64,000 nucleotides of DNA from an uncultured Candidatus Saccharibacteria bacterium (GCA_964593365.1 CAZQGQ010000001.1:50153-114152), one strand, 5' to 3'. Counted from the stretch's first letter, positions 9,187 to 19,759 are shown. Notes: a model not told the origin generated them from the letters alone. A program made the numbers and translations.

Positions 9187-9927
9187 CTAATGAACTTCGA
9201 AACTCGTAGGATTGAATTGAGGAGTATCGTGACCTACATGTACCAACAGAAGCACATTCTCTACCCTTTTGAAAAATTGAATGGCATGCATATTTCGAAG
9301 CGGACTACAAAGCTGATACGCAGCTTCTGGATCTTGCTCATAAAATGCTTCAGTAGGATAAACGGCAAATAATGTTTCACCAGGAATCTGAATTCCTACT
9401 ACACCACCATCTTCCGCAATATAGTCTTTTACTTTGCAGTTAGCTCTTGCTAGGGGATGAGGAAGCGCGCTCACCAAAGAAGCAATAAACTTTTTGGTGT
9501 CTTGTCCTTCCTCTAAGATCCAGTAATCCACAATAGGTCTTCCCTCTATATCGTTACCGCTCACGTCATCCAATGCGTACTCTCCTCCAGTAATCGGGAC
9601 AATTTGCGAACCGGTGTTTCGGAAACTCAACGCATACGAATCGCAGTGCGTATACTCAAATGTAATTGTTTGAGCGTATGGAGAAAAAGGTGCCAACTCT
9701 ACGGAAGCCGTACGAATGTCACATCCGTCATCTGCGGGCCAGCCCCGTTCCATCCTGGCTCTCCAGGTATCTGTTGAAATGGCTAGTTCTTGCTCCAGCG
9801 CCTGATCATCGATGTGAGTCTCTGTTCTAGTCCCGCTTACATACGAGACGTAGAAAGCGCCTAGTAGCACTACTACTGCCAAAATGGTTCCTATAACGGC
9901 TACTGGATCTTTGAGCAAGGATTTCAT
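9187..9927 (-). CDS. Hypothetical membrane-anchored extracellular protein
   Basis: N-terminal TM helix, four Cys; no family recognised. Confidence 0.75.
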   Translation of the reverse strand: MKSLLKDPVAVIGTILAVVVLLGAFYVSYVSGTRTETHIDDQALEQELAISTDTWRARMERGWPADDGCDIRTASVELAPFSPYAQTITFEYTHCDSYALSFRNTGSQIVPITGGEYALDDVSGNDIEGRPIVDYWILEEGQDTKKFIASLVSALPHPLARANCKVKDYIAEDGGVVGIQIPGETLFAVYPTEAFYEQDPEAAYQLCSPLRNMHAIQFFKRVENVLLLVHVGHDTPQFNPTSFEVH

Positions 9928-9956
9928 GAGCTAAGTATATAGCTTATATCCGGCTG

Positions 9957-10673
9957 CTACAGACCAATAGTTTTGAGAAATGTCTTCAGTTCCGCTCCTT
10001 CGATCTTTCGGAACGCACCTGAAGAAAGGGAATCAAGGGCGATATTCAAAACACGCACACGTTCAAGCGTGTCCACCTCGTTATGCATGGCAGACACCAT
10101 GCGGCGGATCTGATGCTTCTTACCTTCGGTGAGCGTAATACGAAACGTCTTGCCTCCAAGGATTTTTACGGTACATGGCTTGGTGCGGTAGCCTTCGATA
10201 TCAACGCCTGCCTCCATGTATTCCTTGAAACTGCTGCGAAGTGGCTGCTTGGTACGCACTACGTACTCCTTCTCGTGCTCGTGAACAGGATTGAGCATGC
10301 GGTCAGTGACGCGGCCGTCATTGGTAAGGAGCATGAGCCCGCTTGAGTCTTTATCTAGTCTCCCGATAGGGAAGGTCCCGCGTAGTTCAGGAACCTCTAT
10401 CGTGATGCCGTTGATATCGTCTTCTCCGTCTTGGGCTGAGTGCGTCATGATCCCCCGGGGCTTGTGGTACGCATAGTAGGAGTACGCTTTCTGCTTGTGT
10501 GAGGCTCGGACTTCGACCAGGTCACGCTCCTCTACTTTGTCGCCAAGGAGCGCTTTGCGTCCGTTAATAGTTATTTTGCCTTCCTGTATAAGAGTGTCTG
10601 CGCCACGGCGGGTCGCAAGACCTTTCTGGGCAAGATACTTATTAATACGCATAGGGAATGCCGGCGGTTCCAT
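9957..10673 (-). CDS. S4-domain rRNA pseudouridine synthase (RsuA/RluB/RluF family)
   Basis: MRINKYLA, GRLDKDSSGL, EGKKHQIRRM; start moved to MEPPAF at 10673. Confidence 0.93.
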   Translation of the reverse strand: MEPPAFPMRINKYLAQKGLATRRGADTLIQEGKITINGRKALLGDKVEERDLVEVRASHKQKAYSYYAYHKPRGIMTHSAQDGEDDINGITIEVPELRGTFPIGRLDKDSSGLMLLTNDGRVTDRMLNPVHEHEKEYVVRTKQPLRSSFKEYMEAGVDIEGYRTKPCTVKILGGKTFRITLTEGKKHQIRRMVSAMHNEVDTLERVRVLNIALDSLSSGAFRKIEGAELKTFLKTIGL

Positions 10674-10715
10674 GAATCGACTATAGCAGGAGTAACCTTC
10701 GGTATACTCGTAGCC

Positions 10716-11039
10716 ATGAATCTCATACCGCCTCAGGAGGTCGCGCAGGCAGCTGCAGAAGGGCTGCAATTACGTAGAAAGTGGCGACGGGGCGGAACGG
10801 TGGTGGGCCAATCAGTGGCCGCATTCCTTGTACGCCGAGAGCCGGTTCCGGCGTCGCTCATCCTGCGCATGTATTCGTACTTCGCACGACATGAGGTTGA
10901 TAAGAAGGGAAAATACTTCTTTGATCCTTCCAGGCCCTCAAACGGGTATATCGCCTGGCAGCTGTGGGGTGGGGACGCGGGCCGAGCATGGGCCACTGAG
11001 TGCAGAGAAGGTATGAGATCTGAAAAGAAGAAGCCCTAG
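10716..11039 (+). CDS. Small stand-alone domain resembling a module of phage head/portal proteins
   Basis: GGTVVG...RMYSYFARHEVDK...GYIAWQLWGGDAGRAWA; TATACT 7 nt upstream of ATG. Confidence 0.65.
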   Translation: MNLIPPQEVAQAAAEGLQLRRKWRRGGTVVGQSVAAFLVRREPVPASLILRMYSYFARHEVDKKGKYFFDPSRPSNGYIAWQLWGGDAGRAWATECREGMRSEKKKP

Positions 11040-11081
11040 AAGCTAATATCACTCAAGCATTTCTGCTAGAATGGCTCGTAT

Positions 11082-11606
11082 ATGAAACAACTTGATCCAA
11101 AAGCCGTCTGGCTCTTTTTCCTTGGTTCGTTCTTCCAGTTCGCGTACACGATAATTCTAATCGCGTTCTTCTGGTTCATGTTCAACGCGGAGGATGAGAA
11201 CACGTGGTCAGCAGCACTCAGCAACATTGGTCTATACGTAGTAGGAATTCTTATTGTTGCCGCGGTCCTCGCCTTTGTATGGGCGAAGCTGACTTACCAC
11301 TTCTATCGCTACGAGATTACCGACGCGGGGTTCCGTAAGGAGTCAGGCGTCATCTGGAAGCGATATGTGACTATCCCGTACACGCGCATCCAGAACGTGG
11401 ATATCTACCGCGGCATCATCGCCCGCATTCTTGGTCTCTCTGACCTCCATATCCAGACCGCAGGAGCAAGCGCTTCTATGGGCCGGTATGGCGCAATGGG
11501 CGTAGGCTCTGAAGGGCGATTGATGGGACTTTCAAAAGCTGATGCAGAAGTGCTTCGCGATGAGCTCATCAACCGAGCGCGTGCCAATACCGGGCAGGGC
11601 GTATAG
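11082..11606 (+). CDS. Membrane protein with bacterial PH domain (bPH_2/YdbS-like)
   Basis: Two TMs then YRYEIT...SGVIWKRYVTIPYTRIQNVDI...LGLSDLHIQTAG. Confidence 0.85.
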   Translation: MKQLDPKAVWLFFLGSFFQFAYTIILIAFFWFMFNAEDENTWSAALSNIGLYVVGILIVAAVLAFVWAKLTYHFYRYEITDAGFRKESGVIWKRYVTIPYTRIQNVDIYRGIIARILGLSDLHIQTAGASASMGRYGAMGVGSEGRLMGLSKADAEVLRDELINRARANTGQGV

Positions 11607-11628
11607 CCGCTTAGACTTGAGCGTAAAT

Positions 11629-11657
11629 AAAATAACCACCTAAAGGGTGGTTATTTT
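11629..11657. terminator. Bidirectional intrinsic terminator
   Basis: AAAATAACCACC-taaag-GGTGGTTATTTT between convergent genes. Confidence 0.75.
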
Positions 11658-11675
11658 GTACCGAGGAAACCAGCG

Positions 11676-12095
11676 CTACGGGCGCAAATACTGCCTGGTT
11701 GCGATATAGGCAATAACAATTCCTAGAACCGCTAGAGCGTAGTCTTCCCAAAACAGCTCGTATCCCTGCCAGAAGTCTAGGACAAAGCCAAGAATCGTAA
11801 GGAGGACGAACCCGATCGTGGTGTAGAGAACCGCCTTCCTATAGTCGGTGATGAGGTAGCGCTTACTCGCATAGCGGGCCTGATGCATGATGCTGATCCA
11901 CATCACTACGAACGTCAGGATGTTCATAACGATGAGGCCGGTAGTCGTCATTGCCCATTGATCGATATAAAAGTCAGGGCTCACCATGCCCACGAGAAAG
12001 ACCAGGGCGATGATTATGATGGTCGTTAGAATGGATACTGAAACGGATACGAAGAAGGCGATCCACCAAAGCGATGCGGGTTTTTGTTCAGTCAT
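11676..12095 (-). CDS. Hypothetical 4-TM membrane protein
   Basis: Four hydrophobic segments. Confidence 0.75.
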   Translation of the reverse strand: MTEQKPASLWWIAFFVSVSVSILTTIIIIALVFLVGMVSPDFYIDQWAMTTTGLIVMNILTFVVMWISIMHQARYASKRYLITDYRKAVLYTTIGFVLLTILGFVLDFWQGYELFWEDYALAVLGIVIAYIATRQYLRP

Positions 12096-12248
12096 GCAAT
12101 TGATTGTAATGCTTAGGACCTTTGCGCGGGAATCTGCTGGGGATAATTGATCGTTCGTGCCGTCTTCATCAATTCCGCATGATATTCTTGGTTATGTTAG
12201 AGGCACTGTGCGAAAGACCGTCTCAATAGCTAACCCAAAATATGAACT

Positions 12249-13664
12249 ATGCGTACTAACACTTTATACAGAAACGTAGCTGCCTTTGTAACGGCAGCCG
12301 CGCTTTCGCTCTCAGTATTTGCGATGATGCCGGCACTTCCGGCACGCGCCGCTGACTGCGGATTCACTCGCGACATGCAGGTAGGAACCTCAGGAGATGA
12401 TGTGAAGTGCCTTCAGATCTATCTGAACTCTACTGGTTTCTTGGTCGCAAGCACGGGAGTAGGATCTCCAGGACAGGAGACGACCCTCTTCGGAGGACTT
12501 ACCAAAGACGCAGTCATGCGTTGGCAGTCTGCAAACCAGGTAACGCCTGCAAGCGGCTACTTCGGAATGCTCTCGCGCGCAAAGTATGCGTCGATTGCTT
12601 CTGGCGGAACCACGCCTCCTCCGTCAACTCCATCAACAGATGAGACCCGGGCACGCATCGCTCTTCTTGAAGCGGTGTCTGCATACCAGGACGCAGTTGA
12701 TGAGGATGACAACGCAAGCGAGGATGTCGGCGACACCCTCTTGGATGCATTCGTAGCATTCCTTGACCGCGACTACTCAGAAGCGATCAGCCTTGCACAG
12801 GATGCTGAATCTGACGCGAAGGACATCACTGACAACTCAGATGATGACGACAACGATGATGACGACAACAATGGCGATGAACAGGATGCTGAAGACGCCA
12901 TCGAAGACGCTGAGAACGCCATCGAAGACGCTCAGGAGGACATCGACGACTCTACCCAGTCAAACGGCGACATCAGTGACGCTGAGGAGCTCCTCGAGGA
13001 TGCGGAAGCAGCCCTTGATGACGCTAACGAAGCCCTTGATGACGAAGAGTTTGATGAGGCAATCGAGCAGGCCGAAGAAGCACAGGACCTTGCTGAAGAG
13101 GCAAGCGACATTGCAAACGGCAACGAGGACGATGATGACGACAGCTCTGACGAGGAAGACGCCCAGGATGCAATCGACAATGCTGACGAAGCTATTGACG
13201 ATGCGCAGCAGGCGATCGACGACTCAGATGAATCTATCGGCACCAAGGAAGAAGCTCAGGACCTTGTTGACGAAGCAGAAGACAAGCTCGACGTCGCTCA
13301 GGAAGAGTTTGACGACGAGAAGTACGATTCCGCAATGGACCGCGCTGACGAAGCTCTCGAGCTCGCAGAAGAAGCGCAGGATATTGCAGAAGGAGGAAGT
13401 GGCAGTAACGATGACGCCGACGAGGGCGACGCAGAAGACGCTCTCGACGATGCTGAGAACGCCATCGATGATGCATGGGAAGCAGTCGACGACTCTGATG
13501 CGTCAAACGACGACATCGAGGAAGCCGAGGACCTTCTCGAGGAAGCAGAAGATGTTCTCGCCGAGGCAGAAGATGCCTACGACGACGAGAACTATGATGA
13601 CGCAGTTGAGCTAGCCGAGGAAGCTGAAGACCTTGCCGACGAGGCAATGAACTTGGTCGACTAA
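12249..13664 (+). CDS. Secreted peptidoglycan-binding protein with three highly acidic helical repeats
   Basis: Signal peptide; FTRDMQVGTSGDDVKCLQIYLN...FGGLTKDAVMRWQ...GYFGMLSRA (PG_binding_1-like); D/E/A-rich repeats. Confidence 0.85.
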   Translation: MRTNTLYRNVAAFVTAAALSLSVFAMMPALPARAADCGFTRDMQVGTSGDDVKCLQIYLNSTGFLVASTGVGSPGQETTLFGGLTKDAVMRWQSANQVTPASGYFGMLSRAKYASIASGGTTPPPSTPSTDETRARIALLEAVSAYQDAVDEDDNASEDVGDTLLDAFVAFLDRDYSEAISLAQDAESDAKDITDNSDDDDNDDDDNNGDEQDAEDAIEDAENAIEDAQEDIDDSTQSNGDISDAEELLEDAEAALDDANEALDDEEFDEAIEQAEEAQDLAEEASDIANGNEDDDDDSSDEEDAQDAIDNADEAIDDAQQAIDDSDESIGTKEEAQDLVDEAEDKLDVAQEEFDDEKYDSAMDRADEALELAEEAQDIAEGGSGSNDDADEGDAEDALDDAENAIDDAWEAVDDSDASNDDIEEAEDLLEEAEDVLAEAEDAYDDENYDDAVELAEEAEDLADEAMNLVD

Positions 13665-13684
13665 GCAGACCGCTCATACGTGCA

Positions 13685-13716
13685 AAGAAAGCCGCCCTTC
13701 ACGGGGCGGCTTTCTT
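13685..13716 (+). terminator. Intrinsic terminator
   Basis: AAGAAAGCCGCCC-ttcacg-GGGCGGCTTTCTT. Confidence 0.75.
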
Positions 13717-13752
13717 CATGCAGAGAACTTTCTCAAAAGGTACTATGGAGGG

Positions 13753-14898
13753 ATGGAACCGCTCGCAGCACGCCTACGCCCCAAGACTATCGCAGAGGTA
13801 GTAGGGCAAGAACACCTGGTCGCTGAAGGGAAGCCGCTTCGCGTTGCTATCGAGAAGAAGCACCGCTTCTCGTTTCTTCTGTGGGGCCCTCCGGGAACCG
13901 GGAAGACGACGATCGCCCGCATCTACGCCAAAGCCCTTGACGCGGAGCTGTATGAGCTTTCAGCGGTGTCTGCAGGCAAGGACGACATCCGCCGGATCGT
14001 CGACGGAGGCGCTTCTTCCGGAAAGCTTCCGTTCGGGAAGCCGAAGGTGCTCTTTCTTGATGAAATCCACCGCTTCAACAAAAGCCAACAGGATTTCCTC
14101 CTTCCGTTTGTTGAAAGCGGAGAGCTGACCTTGATCGGGGCGACGACCGAGAATCCTTCCTTCGAAGTTATTCCCGCGCTCCTTTCTCGTTGCCGCGTGT
14201 TCGTGCTCGAGCCCTTGTCTGAAGAGGCTTTGAAGAAGATCGTGAAGCGCTCGAAGCTCAAGGTAGGCAAAGAAGCGTTCGATTGGCTCTTGGGCTACGC
14301 AAACGGAGACGCTAGACGTGCGCTTACTATGCTCGAAGGAGCAGAGTCCTTGTATGGGGAAGTGACGCCAGCCACCTTAGCGAGCGCGCTTGAGTCCCCG
14401 CATCTTCGCTACGACAAGAAGGGAGACGAGCACTACGACACCATAAGCGCGTTCATTAAGAGCATGCGGGCTTCGCAGCCTGATGCGGCCGTCTATTATC
14501 TTGCGCGCATGGTGGAGGCAGGAGAGGATCCTCTCTTCATCGCCCGACGAATGGTCATCTTCGCTTCAGAGGACATTGGTCTTGCTCAGCCGACGGCGCT
14601 TGTCGTTGCTAATGCCGTGTTTCGCGCCTGCGAGACGATCGGCTACCCTGAGTGCGCCATCAACCTCGCGCACGGAGTTGCCTACCTTGCTAACTGCAAG
14701 AAAGAAAAGAGCGCGTACGAAGCGCTTCGCGAAGCGCAAGCAGACATAGCGAAATTCGGGAATCTTCCGGTTCCTATGAACATCCGTAACGCTCCAACCA
14801 AGCTCATGAAAGAGCTCGGGCACGGCAAAGGCTACAAGCGCTATGACACGGAGAGCTATATGCCCGAGAAGCTGAAGAACAAGAAGTATTTCAAATAA
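13753..14898 (+). CDS. rarA: Replication-associated recombination protein A (MgsA)
   Basis: [53 protein letters not shown]. Confidence 0.96.
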   Translation: MEPLAARLRPKTIAEVVGQEHLVAEGKPLRVAIEKKHRFSFLLWGPPGTGKTTIARIYAKALDAELYELSAVSAGKDDIRRIVDGGASSGKLPFGKPKVLFLDEIHRFNKSQQDFLLPFVESGELTLIGATTENPSFEVIPALLSRCRVFVLEPLSEEALKKIVKRSKLKVGKEAFDWLLGYANGDARRALTMLEGAESLYGEVTPATLASALESPHLRYDKKGDEHYDTISAFIKSMRASQPDAAVYYLARMVEAGEDPLFIARRMVIFASEDIGLAQPTALVVANAVFRACETIGYPECAINLAHGVAYLANCKKEKSAYEALREAQADIAKFGNLPVPMNIRNAPTKLMKELGHGKGYKRYDTESYMPEKLKNKKYFK

Positions 14899-14902
14899 AG
14901 TA

Positions 14903-14926
14903 AAAGCCTCCCACAAGGGAGGCTTT
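14903..14926. terminator. Bidirectional terminator
   Basis: AAAGCCTCCC-acaa-GGGAGGCTTT. Confidence 0.7.
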
Positions 14927-14943
14927 CACGTACAGCACACTAG

Positions 14944-16059
14944 TTAGTTTTTAATTGTGATTGGAAGGCCGTCGATCACTTGTTTCAGAACGTATGGCTT
15001 CGTGAATGCCCGCTTGCCGTCTGAGGTGAGTGTGCCGGAAGCGCCGGTATAGACCTCTATCTTTGCAAGATAGTCCTTAACGACTTCGGGATCTTCGGAA
15101 CCGGTCTCTTCCATTGCTTCTGCGATCATCATGATTGCGTCGTAGGCTGAGTCAGCACCAATCTCAACATCGCGGTTGTACGCTGCTTGGTACTTTGCTT
15201 CAAAGTCAGACGTGGGCGTGAGAGAGGTTGGGAAGATCATTCCGTTACAGCTGTCACCGCATTGCGTAATGATGCCCTTGTCGACGGTAATGTTGAAGAG
15301 TGGGAGCGTTGATCCGAACTCCTTAAGCTGGCGAGCAGTCACAACCGTAAGGCCAGTCCCGTCGGTCGTCATAACAACCGCGTCGACTGACTTGTCGATA
15401 AGCACCTTCTGGATCTCTGTACGTTCGTCAGAGGTTCCGAGAATTGGCTCGTAGATATGTGCGACCGTTCCTCCAAGCTGTTCGAAGCGCTTCTTGAACG
15501 CAGCTGTCTGGAGCGTCACCCATACGTCATTTGCTCCAAAGAGCGCAACCTTTCGATGTCCTCGCTCATACACGATGTCTGCGAGGTCAGCAGAAAGGAT
15601 CTCGTCATGCTGCCAGGTGTTGAAGAGGTACTCGCTGCTTTCGTTGAACGCAGGAGCGCCAAGAGAAGGAGAGATCACGACCACCTTAGCGGCCGCAGCA
15701 ACGGGAGCGACAGCAAGGCCGGTATTCGACCAGTTAAGGCCGACGATGAACTTGGCCCCGTCAGCAGTAGTGAGCTTCTTGAAGGCACTGATGGACTTCT
15801 GAGAGTCCCCCGCATCGTCCTCATAGATGCCGCGGAGCTGCTTTCCGTTAACTCCTCCGCGCGCGTTCACTTCTTTAATGGCAAGCTCCATGCCGTTTCG
15901 AGACGCTTCGCCCCAGGTGGCTCCTTCGCCTGAAAGGATCATGATGCCGCCAATGGGGATAGAGCCTTCATTAGAGGTGTTGCCTTTCGTTACTCCTACT
16001 CCAACAAGCACGATGAGCACCAGGAGAACAATGGCACCAAGGATAAATTTCTTGTTCAT
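14944..16059 (-). CDS. LivJ/LivK-type ABC substrate-binding protein (module 1)
   Basis: TM anchor, LSGEGATWG, AIKEVNARGGVNGK..YEDD, AYDA. Confidence 0.9.
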   Translation of the reverse strand: MNKKFILGAIVLLVLIVLVGVGVTKGNTSNEGSIPIGGIMILSGEGATWGEASRNGMELAIKEVNARGGVNGKQLRGIYEDDAGDSQKSISAFKKLTTADGAKFIVGLNWSNTGLAVAPVAAAAKVVVISPSLGAPAFNESSEYLFNTWQHDEILSADLADIVYERGHRKVALFGANDVWVTLQTAAFKKRFEQLGGTVAHIYEPILGTSDERTEIQKVLIDKSVDAVVMTTDGTGLTVVTARQLKEFGSTLPLFNITVDKGIITQCGDSCNGMIFPTSLTPTSDFEAKYQAAYNRDVEIGADSAYDAIMMIAEAMEETGSEDPEVVKDYLAKIEVYTGASGTLTSDGKRAFTKPYVLKQVIDGLPITIKN

Positions 16060-16193
16060 GGATAGTTGCTAGGTAAATAATTCTTATAAGTCATAACTTG
16101 ACTCTGGGGGGAATTATTGTGTAGTGCCTACCTATGGTCAATATTTGTCGAACATATGTTGACAAAAGGTTGACAACATATAGACTTATACGT

Positions 16194-16958
16194 ATGAAAG
16201 ATTCCTTGCTTAGCTCTCTGGGTCTTTCTCCAAGCGAGATCCGGATCTACAACAGCATCATTAAAATAGGACCTTCAACGCCTCCTGTGTTTGGCAAAAG
16301 CGCAGGTATCAAACGAACAACGGCCTACAGTCTCGCGCGAGGGCTCGTTGAAAAAGGGCTTCTAAGCGAGGACGCAACGAAGCGCCCCCGACTCTTTAGC
16401 GTAGCGAGCCCTGCGGAGGTGCTTGCTCTTACACGCGCAGACAAAAAACGAGTTGCGGAACGCGAAGAGCTGTTGAAGGGCCTTGCAAAGGAACTTTCTA
16501 CGATCGCAGCGAGTCCTTCGTATGAGGTACCGACGGTCCGTTTTATTGAGGAGACAAAGATTATGGATTTCCTACGCCAACAGGCATTCGTATGGGACAA
16601 GAATATTCTCGAAAGCAAAGAAACGACGTGGTGGGGATTCCAAGACCACACCTTTGTGGAGCACTACGGGGAGTGGATCAGTTGGTATTGGGACAAGTGG
16701 CAAGAAGGAATAGACCTTAAGCTGTTAAGCAACCGGGCTCCTGTCGAAGTTAAGTTTGGTCCTAAGTACGCGTCTCGCAGGCATATAAAATTCTGGGGGG
16801 AAGCAGTGAACTTTCTTTCAACCACCTGGGCTATCGGGGATTACGTGGTGATGATCAATACCCGTACACGCCCGTTTTATCTCGTGGAGATACACTCAAA
16901 GCTTTTGGCGCACGACCAGCGCGAAGTCTTCCGAAACCTCTGGCCTCTGGTCCCATAA
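16194..16958 (+). CDS. TrmB-family transcriptional regulator (module 1)
   Basis: LGLSPSEIRIY...GIKRTTAYS...LVEKGL; C-terminal PTVRFIE sensor domain; start set at MKDSLL. Confidence 0.85.
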   Translation: MKDSLLSSLGLSPSEIRIYNSIIKIGPSTPPVFGKSAGIKRTTAYSLARGLVEKGLLSEDATKRPRLFSVASPAEVLALTRADKKRVAEREELLKGLAKELSTIAASPSYEVPTVRFIEETKIMDFLRQQAFVWDKNILESKETTWWGFQDHTFVEHYGEWISWYWDKWQEGIDLKLLSNRAPVEVKFGPKYASRRHIKFWGEAVNFLSTTWAIGDYVVMINTRTRPFYLVEIHSKLLAHDQREVFRNLWPLVP

Positions 16959-17004
16959 AGAAAAAACCGCCCCGTAGGGCGGCTTTTCCTGAACGTAGCG
17001 TTCT

Positions 17005-17277
17005 TTACTTAACTGCGTCCTTGAGTGCCTTTGCTGCGCGGAACTTAGGTGTGCGAGTTGCAGCAATGCGGATGGTCTCTCCAGTGCGAGGGTTTCGTCC
17101 AGTTCGAGCTGGGCGAGCCTTTGCAACGAAGATCCCAAGACCTGCGACTGAAACCTCATCGCCTGACTTCAAGCCGGTGATGATCGAGTCAATAAAGGTC
17201 TCAACAGCGCGTTCTGCGTCCGCCTTCGTGCTGCCGAGAACATCCTGAACTTTGGATACGATGTCTGCTTTGTTCAT
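17005..17277 (-). CDS. hup: DNA-binding protein HU
   Basis: MNKADIV, GLGIF, RTGRNPRTGE, PKFRA. Confidence 0.96.
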   Translation of the reverse strand: MNKADIVSKVQDVLGSTKADAERAVETFIDSIITGLKSGDEVSVAGLGIFVAKARPARTGRNPRTGETIRIAATRTPKFRAAKALKDAVK

Positions 17278-17405
17278 GGTGTGTAGTTAGTTGATAATCC
17301 CTCGGCCAAGATACGAACGGCAGGGGATACCTAAAAAGTATAGGAAATGCGCCATTTTGTGCAATAGGGGTTGCCTTTTGCTCTGTATATCTCCTAATCC
17401 ACGCT

Positions 17406-18935
17406 CTAGCGAGCAAACTCAACGACGCGGTTCTCCCGAATGACGTTCACTTTGATCTCGCCCGGATATTTGAGCTCTTCCTGCACGCGCTTTGCGATAT
17501 CTCGCGCCATCTTGTGCATTGCGAGGTCTGAGACCTTGCCCGGATTCACGAAGATGCGGATCTCGCGTCCTGCGGAGATGGCATATACCTTCTCTACGCC
17601 AGGGAAGCCGCTAGCAATGCGCTCAAGGTCCCCAAGGCGCTCGAGGTAACGCTCGACGGTGTCCCGACGCGCTCCAGGGCGCCCTGCAGAAATTGCGTCT
17701 GCCACCTGTACGATGACGGATTCAGGAGTTTCATACGGATGCTCCTCGTGATGCGACTGCATCGCCTGGATGATGCGCTTATCGACGCCGAACTTCTCCA
17801 GCACGCGGCGGCCGATCTCGACGTGGGTGCCCTGCACCTCGTGATCGATCGCTTTTCCGATGTCATGCAAGAGCGCTCCTGCGCGAGCCACGGCAGCGTC
17901 TGCGCCAAGCTCGTCTGCGAGCATGCCAGCAAGATGCGCCATCTCGATTGAATGCTGGAGCACGTTCTGGCCATAGCTTGTGCGGAAGTGGAGGCGTCCA
18001 AGCAGGGAGATGAGGCGCGGATCAAGGCCCACTAGCCCGATCTCATAGGCTGCCTGCTCTCCGCGCTTCTTCACCGTCTCGTCTACTTCCTTCTTCGCTT
18101 TCTCGACTGCCTCTTCGATCTTTGCTGGCTGGATTCTTCCGTCCTGGATCAATCGCTCAAGCGCGATCTTCGCGATGTGGCGGCGAAGCGGATCAAAGGA
18201 AGAGAGCGTGATCTTCTCAGGCGCGTCATCGATGATGACATCGACCCCGGTCGCGCGCTCAAACGCCTTGATATTACGGCCTTCCTTGCCGATCACCTTA
18301 CCTTTGATCTCTTCCGAAGGAATGCTTATCGAAAGCGACATCACTTCCGCGTTCACAGCGTTTCCAAGGCGATGAATCACCGTTGTAAGCATTGTGCGCG
18401 CTTTTTCCTGCAGGCGTTCTTCGCCATGTGCCTCAAGTTTCTGAAGGCGCGTAAGGATAGCTTCCTCGGTCGCCTCCTCTACTTCTTTCATCAGGCGCTT
18501 CTTGGCCTCGTCCTCTGAAAGGTGCGAGATGCGAGCAAGTTCAGCACGGCGTTCTTTCAAAACGTTCTCAGCATCCTTTTTCAAATTCTGCGCTTCGTTC
18601 TCCCGGGTGCGCACGCGCTCTCCTTCTTCTGCGAGGTTTCGTTCGCGGTCATCAAGAAACTCCTCGCGTTTAGCAAGGCGGTCTTCCGTCTTCTCAAGGC
18701 GCTCTTCGCGCTCGCCAAGCGGGGCAAGGCGGTCTTCTTCAACCGTTTCTGCGCGCGCCTCTGCCTCCTTCACGATCATGTCGGCCTTTTCACGAGCCTC
18801 AAGCAACTTCTGCTTCACTTCCAAATCCAAAGACCCCCGCTGGGAAAGGGAGATGAGCCAGCGAAGTACGTAGCCAAGGGCGATGCCGGCAAGGCCGGAC
18901 ACCGCGAGCAGTATCAATACGAGTTTTATAGACAT
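17406..18935 (-). CDS. rny: Ribonuclease Y
   Basis: TM, coiled coil, KH domain (KGKVIGKEGRNI), HD domain (LLHDIGK), RPGARR. Confidence 0.97.
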   Translation of the reverse strand: MSIKLVLILLAVSGLAGIALGYVLRWLISLSQRGSLDLEVKQKLLEAREKADMIVKEAEARAETVEEDRLAPLGEREERLEKTEDRLAKREEFLDDRERNLAEEGERVRTRENEAQNLKKDAENVLKERRAELARISHLSEDEAKKRLMKEVEEATEEAILTRLQKLEAHGEERLQEKARTMLTTVIHRLGNAVNAEVMSLSISIPSEEIKGKVIGKEGRNIKAFERATGVDVIIDDAPEKITLSSFDPLRRHIAKIALERLIQDGRIQPAKIEEAVEKAKKEVDETVKKRGEQAAYEIGLVGLDPRLISLLGRLHFRTSYGQNVLQHSIEMAHLAGMLADELGADAAVARAGALLHDIGKAIDHEVQGTHVEIGRRVLEKFGVDKRIIQAMQSHHEEHPYETPESVIVQVADAISAGRPGARRDTVERYLERLGDLERIASGFPGVEKVYAISAGREIRIFVNPGKVSDLAMHKMARDIAKRVQEELKYPGEIKVNVIRENRVVEFAR

Positions 18936-19153
18936 AACCTGGATACCCTACTTACACGCGCACGTTTTTAAAACTAACGAAAATCTATTGAATATCAGCG
19001 GAAATGCAGCCGTAAGGACAAGAATCGGTGCTGATTGCGTGAGTATAGCATATTGACGTTTTCTACTCTTCGTAGTCTCGTATTTCCTGCCGGCACGGCG
19101 TAACGCAAACGGACTCCACTCAAGGAGTCCGTGTCGCTTCTTTGGCTGCTTTC

Positions 19154-19759
19154 TTACTTTGCTTTGTAAACGGTATCGATGACTCCGTACTTCTTCGCTT
19201 CGTCTGCGGTCATGAAGTAATCGCGCTCGACATCCTTCTCGATCTTTGCAAGCGGCTGGCCGGTTGATTTCGCGAGGATTTTATTGAGGCGCTCTCTGGT
19301 AGCGATGATGTGCTTTGCCGTGATCTCGATATCAGTTGCCTGGCCCTGAGCACCGCCCCATGGCTGGTGGATCATCACTTCGGAGTTAGGAAGCGCATAG
19401 CGCTTGCCTTTCTCTCCTGCAGCAAGGATGACTGCTGCGGCTGACGCTGCCATACCGACACACACCGTCGAGACATCAGGTTTGATGTGGTTCATCGCAT
19501 CCAGAATCGCGAGTCCTGCGGTCACTGATCCTCCCGGGGAGTTCACATAGAGAGAAATATCCTTCTTAGGATCTTCCGCTTCAAGGAAGAGAAGCTGCGC
19601 GATGATGAGGTTAGCAACATCGTCATCAATTCCTCCGCCAAGGAAGACGATGCGCTCGCGAAGGAGGCGGGAGTAGATATCGTATGCGCGCTCGCCAAAC
19701 TGCGACTTCTCAATAACCATCGGGATAAGCATCGAGGAACGGGGGTATTTCATTTCCAT
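19154..19759 (-). CDS. clpP: ATP-dependent Clp protease proteolytic subunit
   Basis: [27 protein letters not shown]. Confidence 0.97.
   Translation of the reverse strand: MEMKYPRSSMLIPMVIEKSQFGERAYDIYSRLLRERIVFLGGGIDDDVANLIIAQLLFLEAEDPKKDISLYVNSPGGSVTAGLAILDAMNHIKPDVSTVCVGMAASAAAVILAAGEKGKRYALPNSEVMIHQPWGGAQGQATDIEITAKHIIATRERLNKILAKSTGQPLAKIEKDVERDYFMTADEAKKYGVIDTVYKAK

Noticed and set aside
12840-13660. Repetitive DNA considered as a possible CRISPR array
   Set aside because: These are degenerate in-frame coding repeats with no fixed repeat-spacer pattern. No cas genes are in the window.
12763-13677. 283-aa Thr/Met/Lys-rich ORF and Ser/Arg-rich antisense ORFs
   Set aside because: Alternative-frame readings of the GAC/GAA-rich acidic repeat gene.
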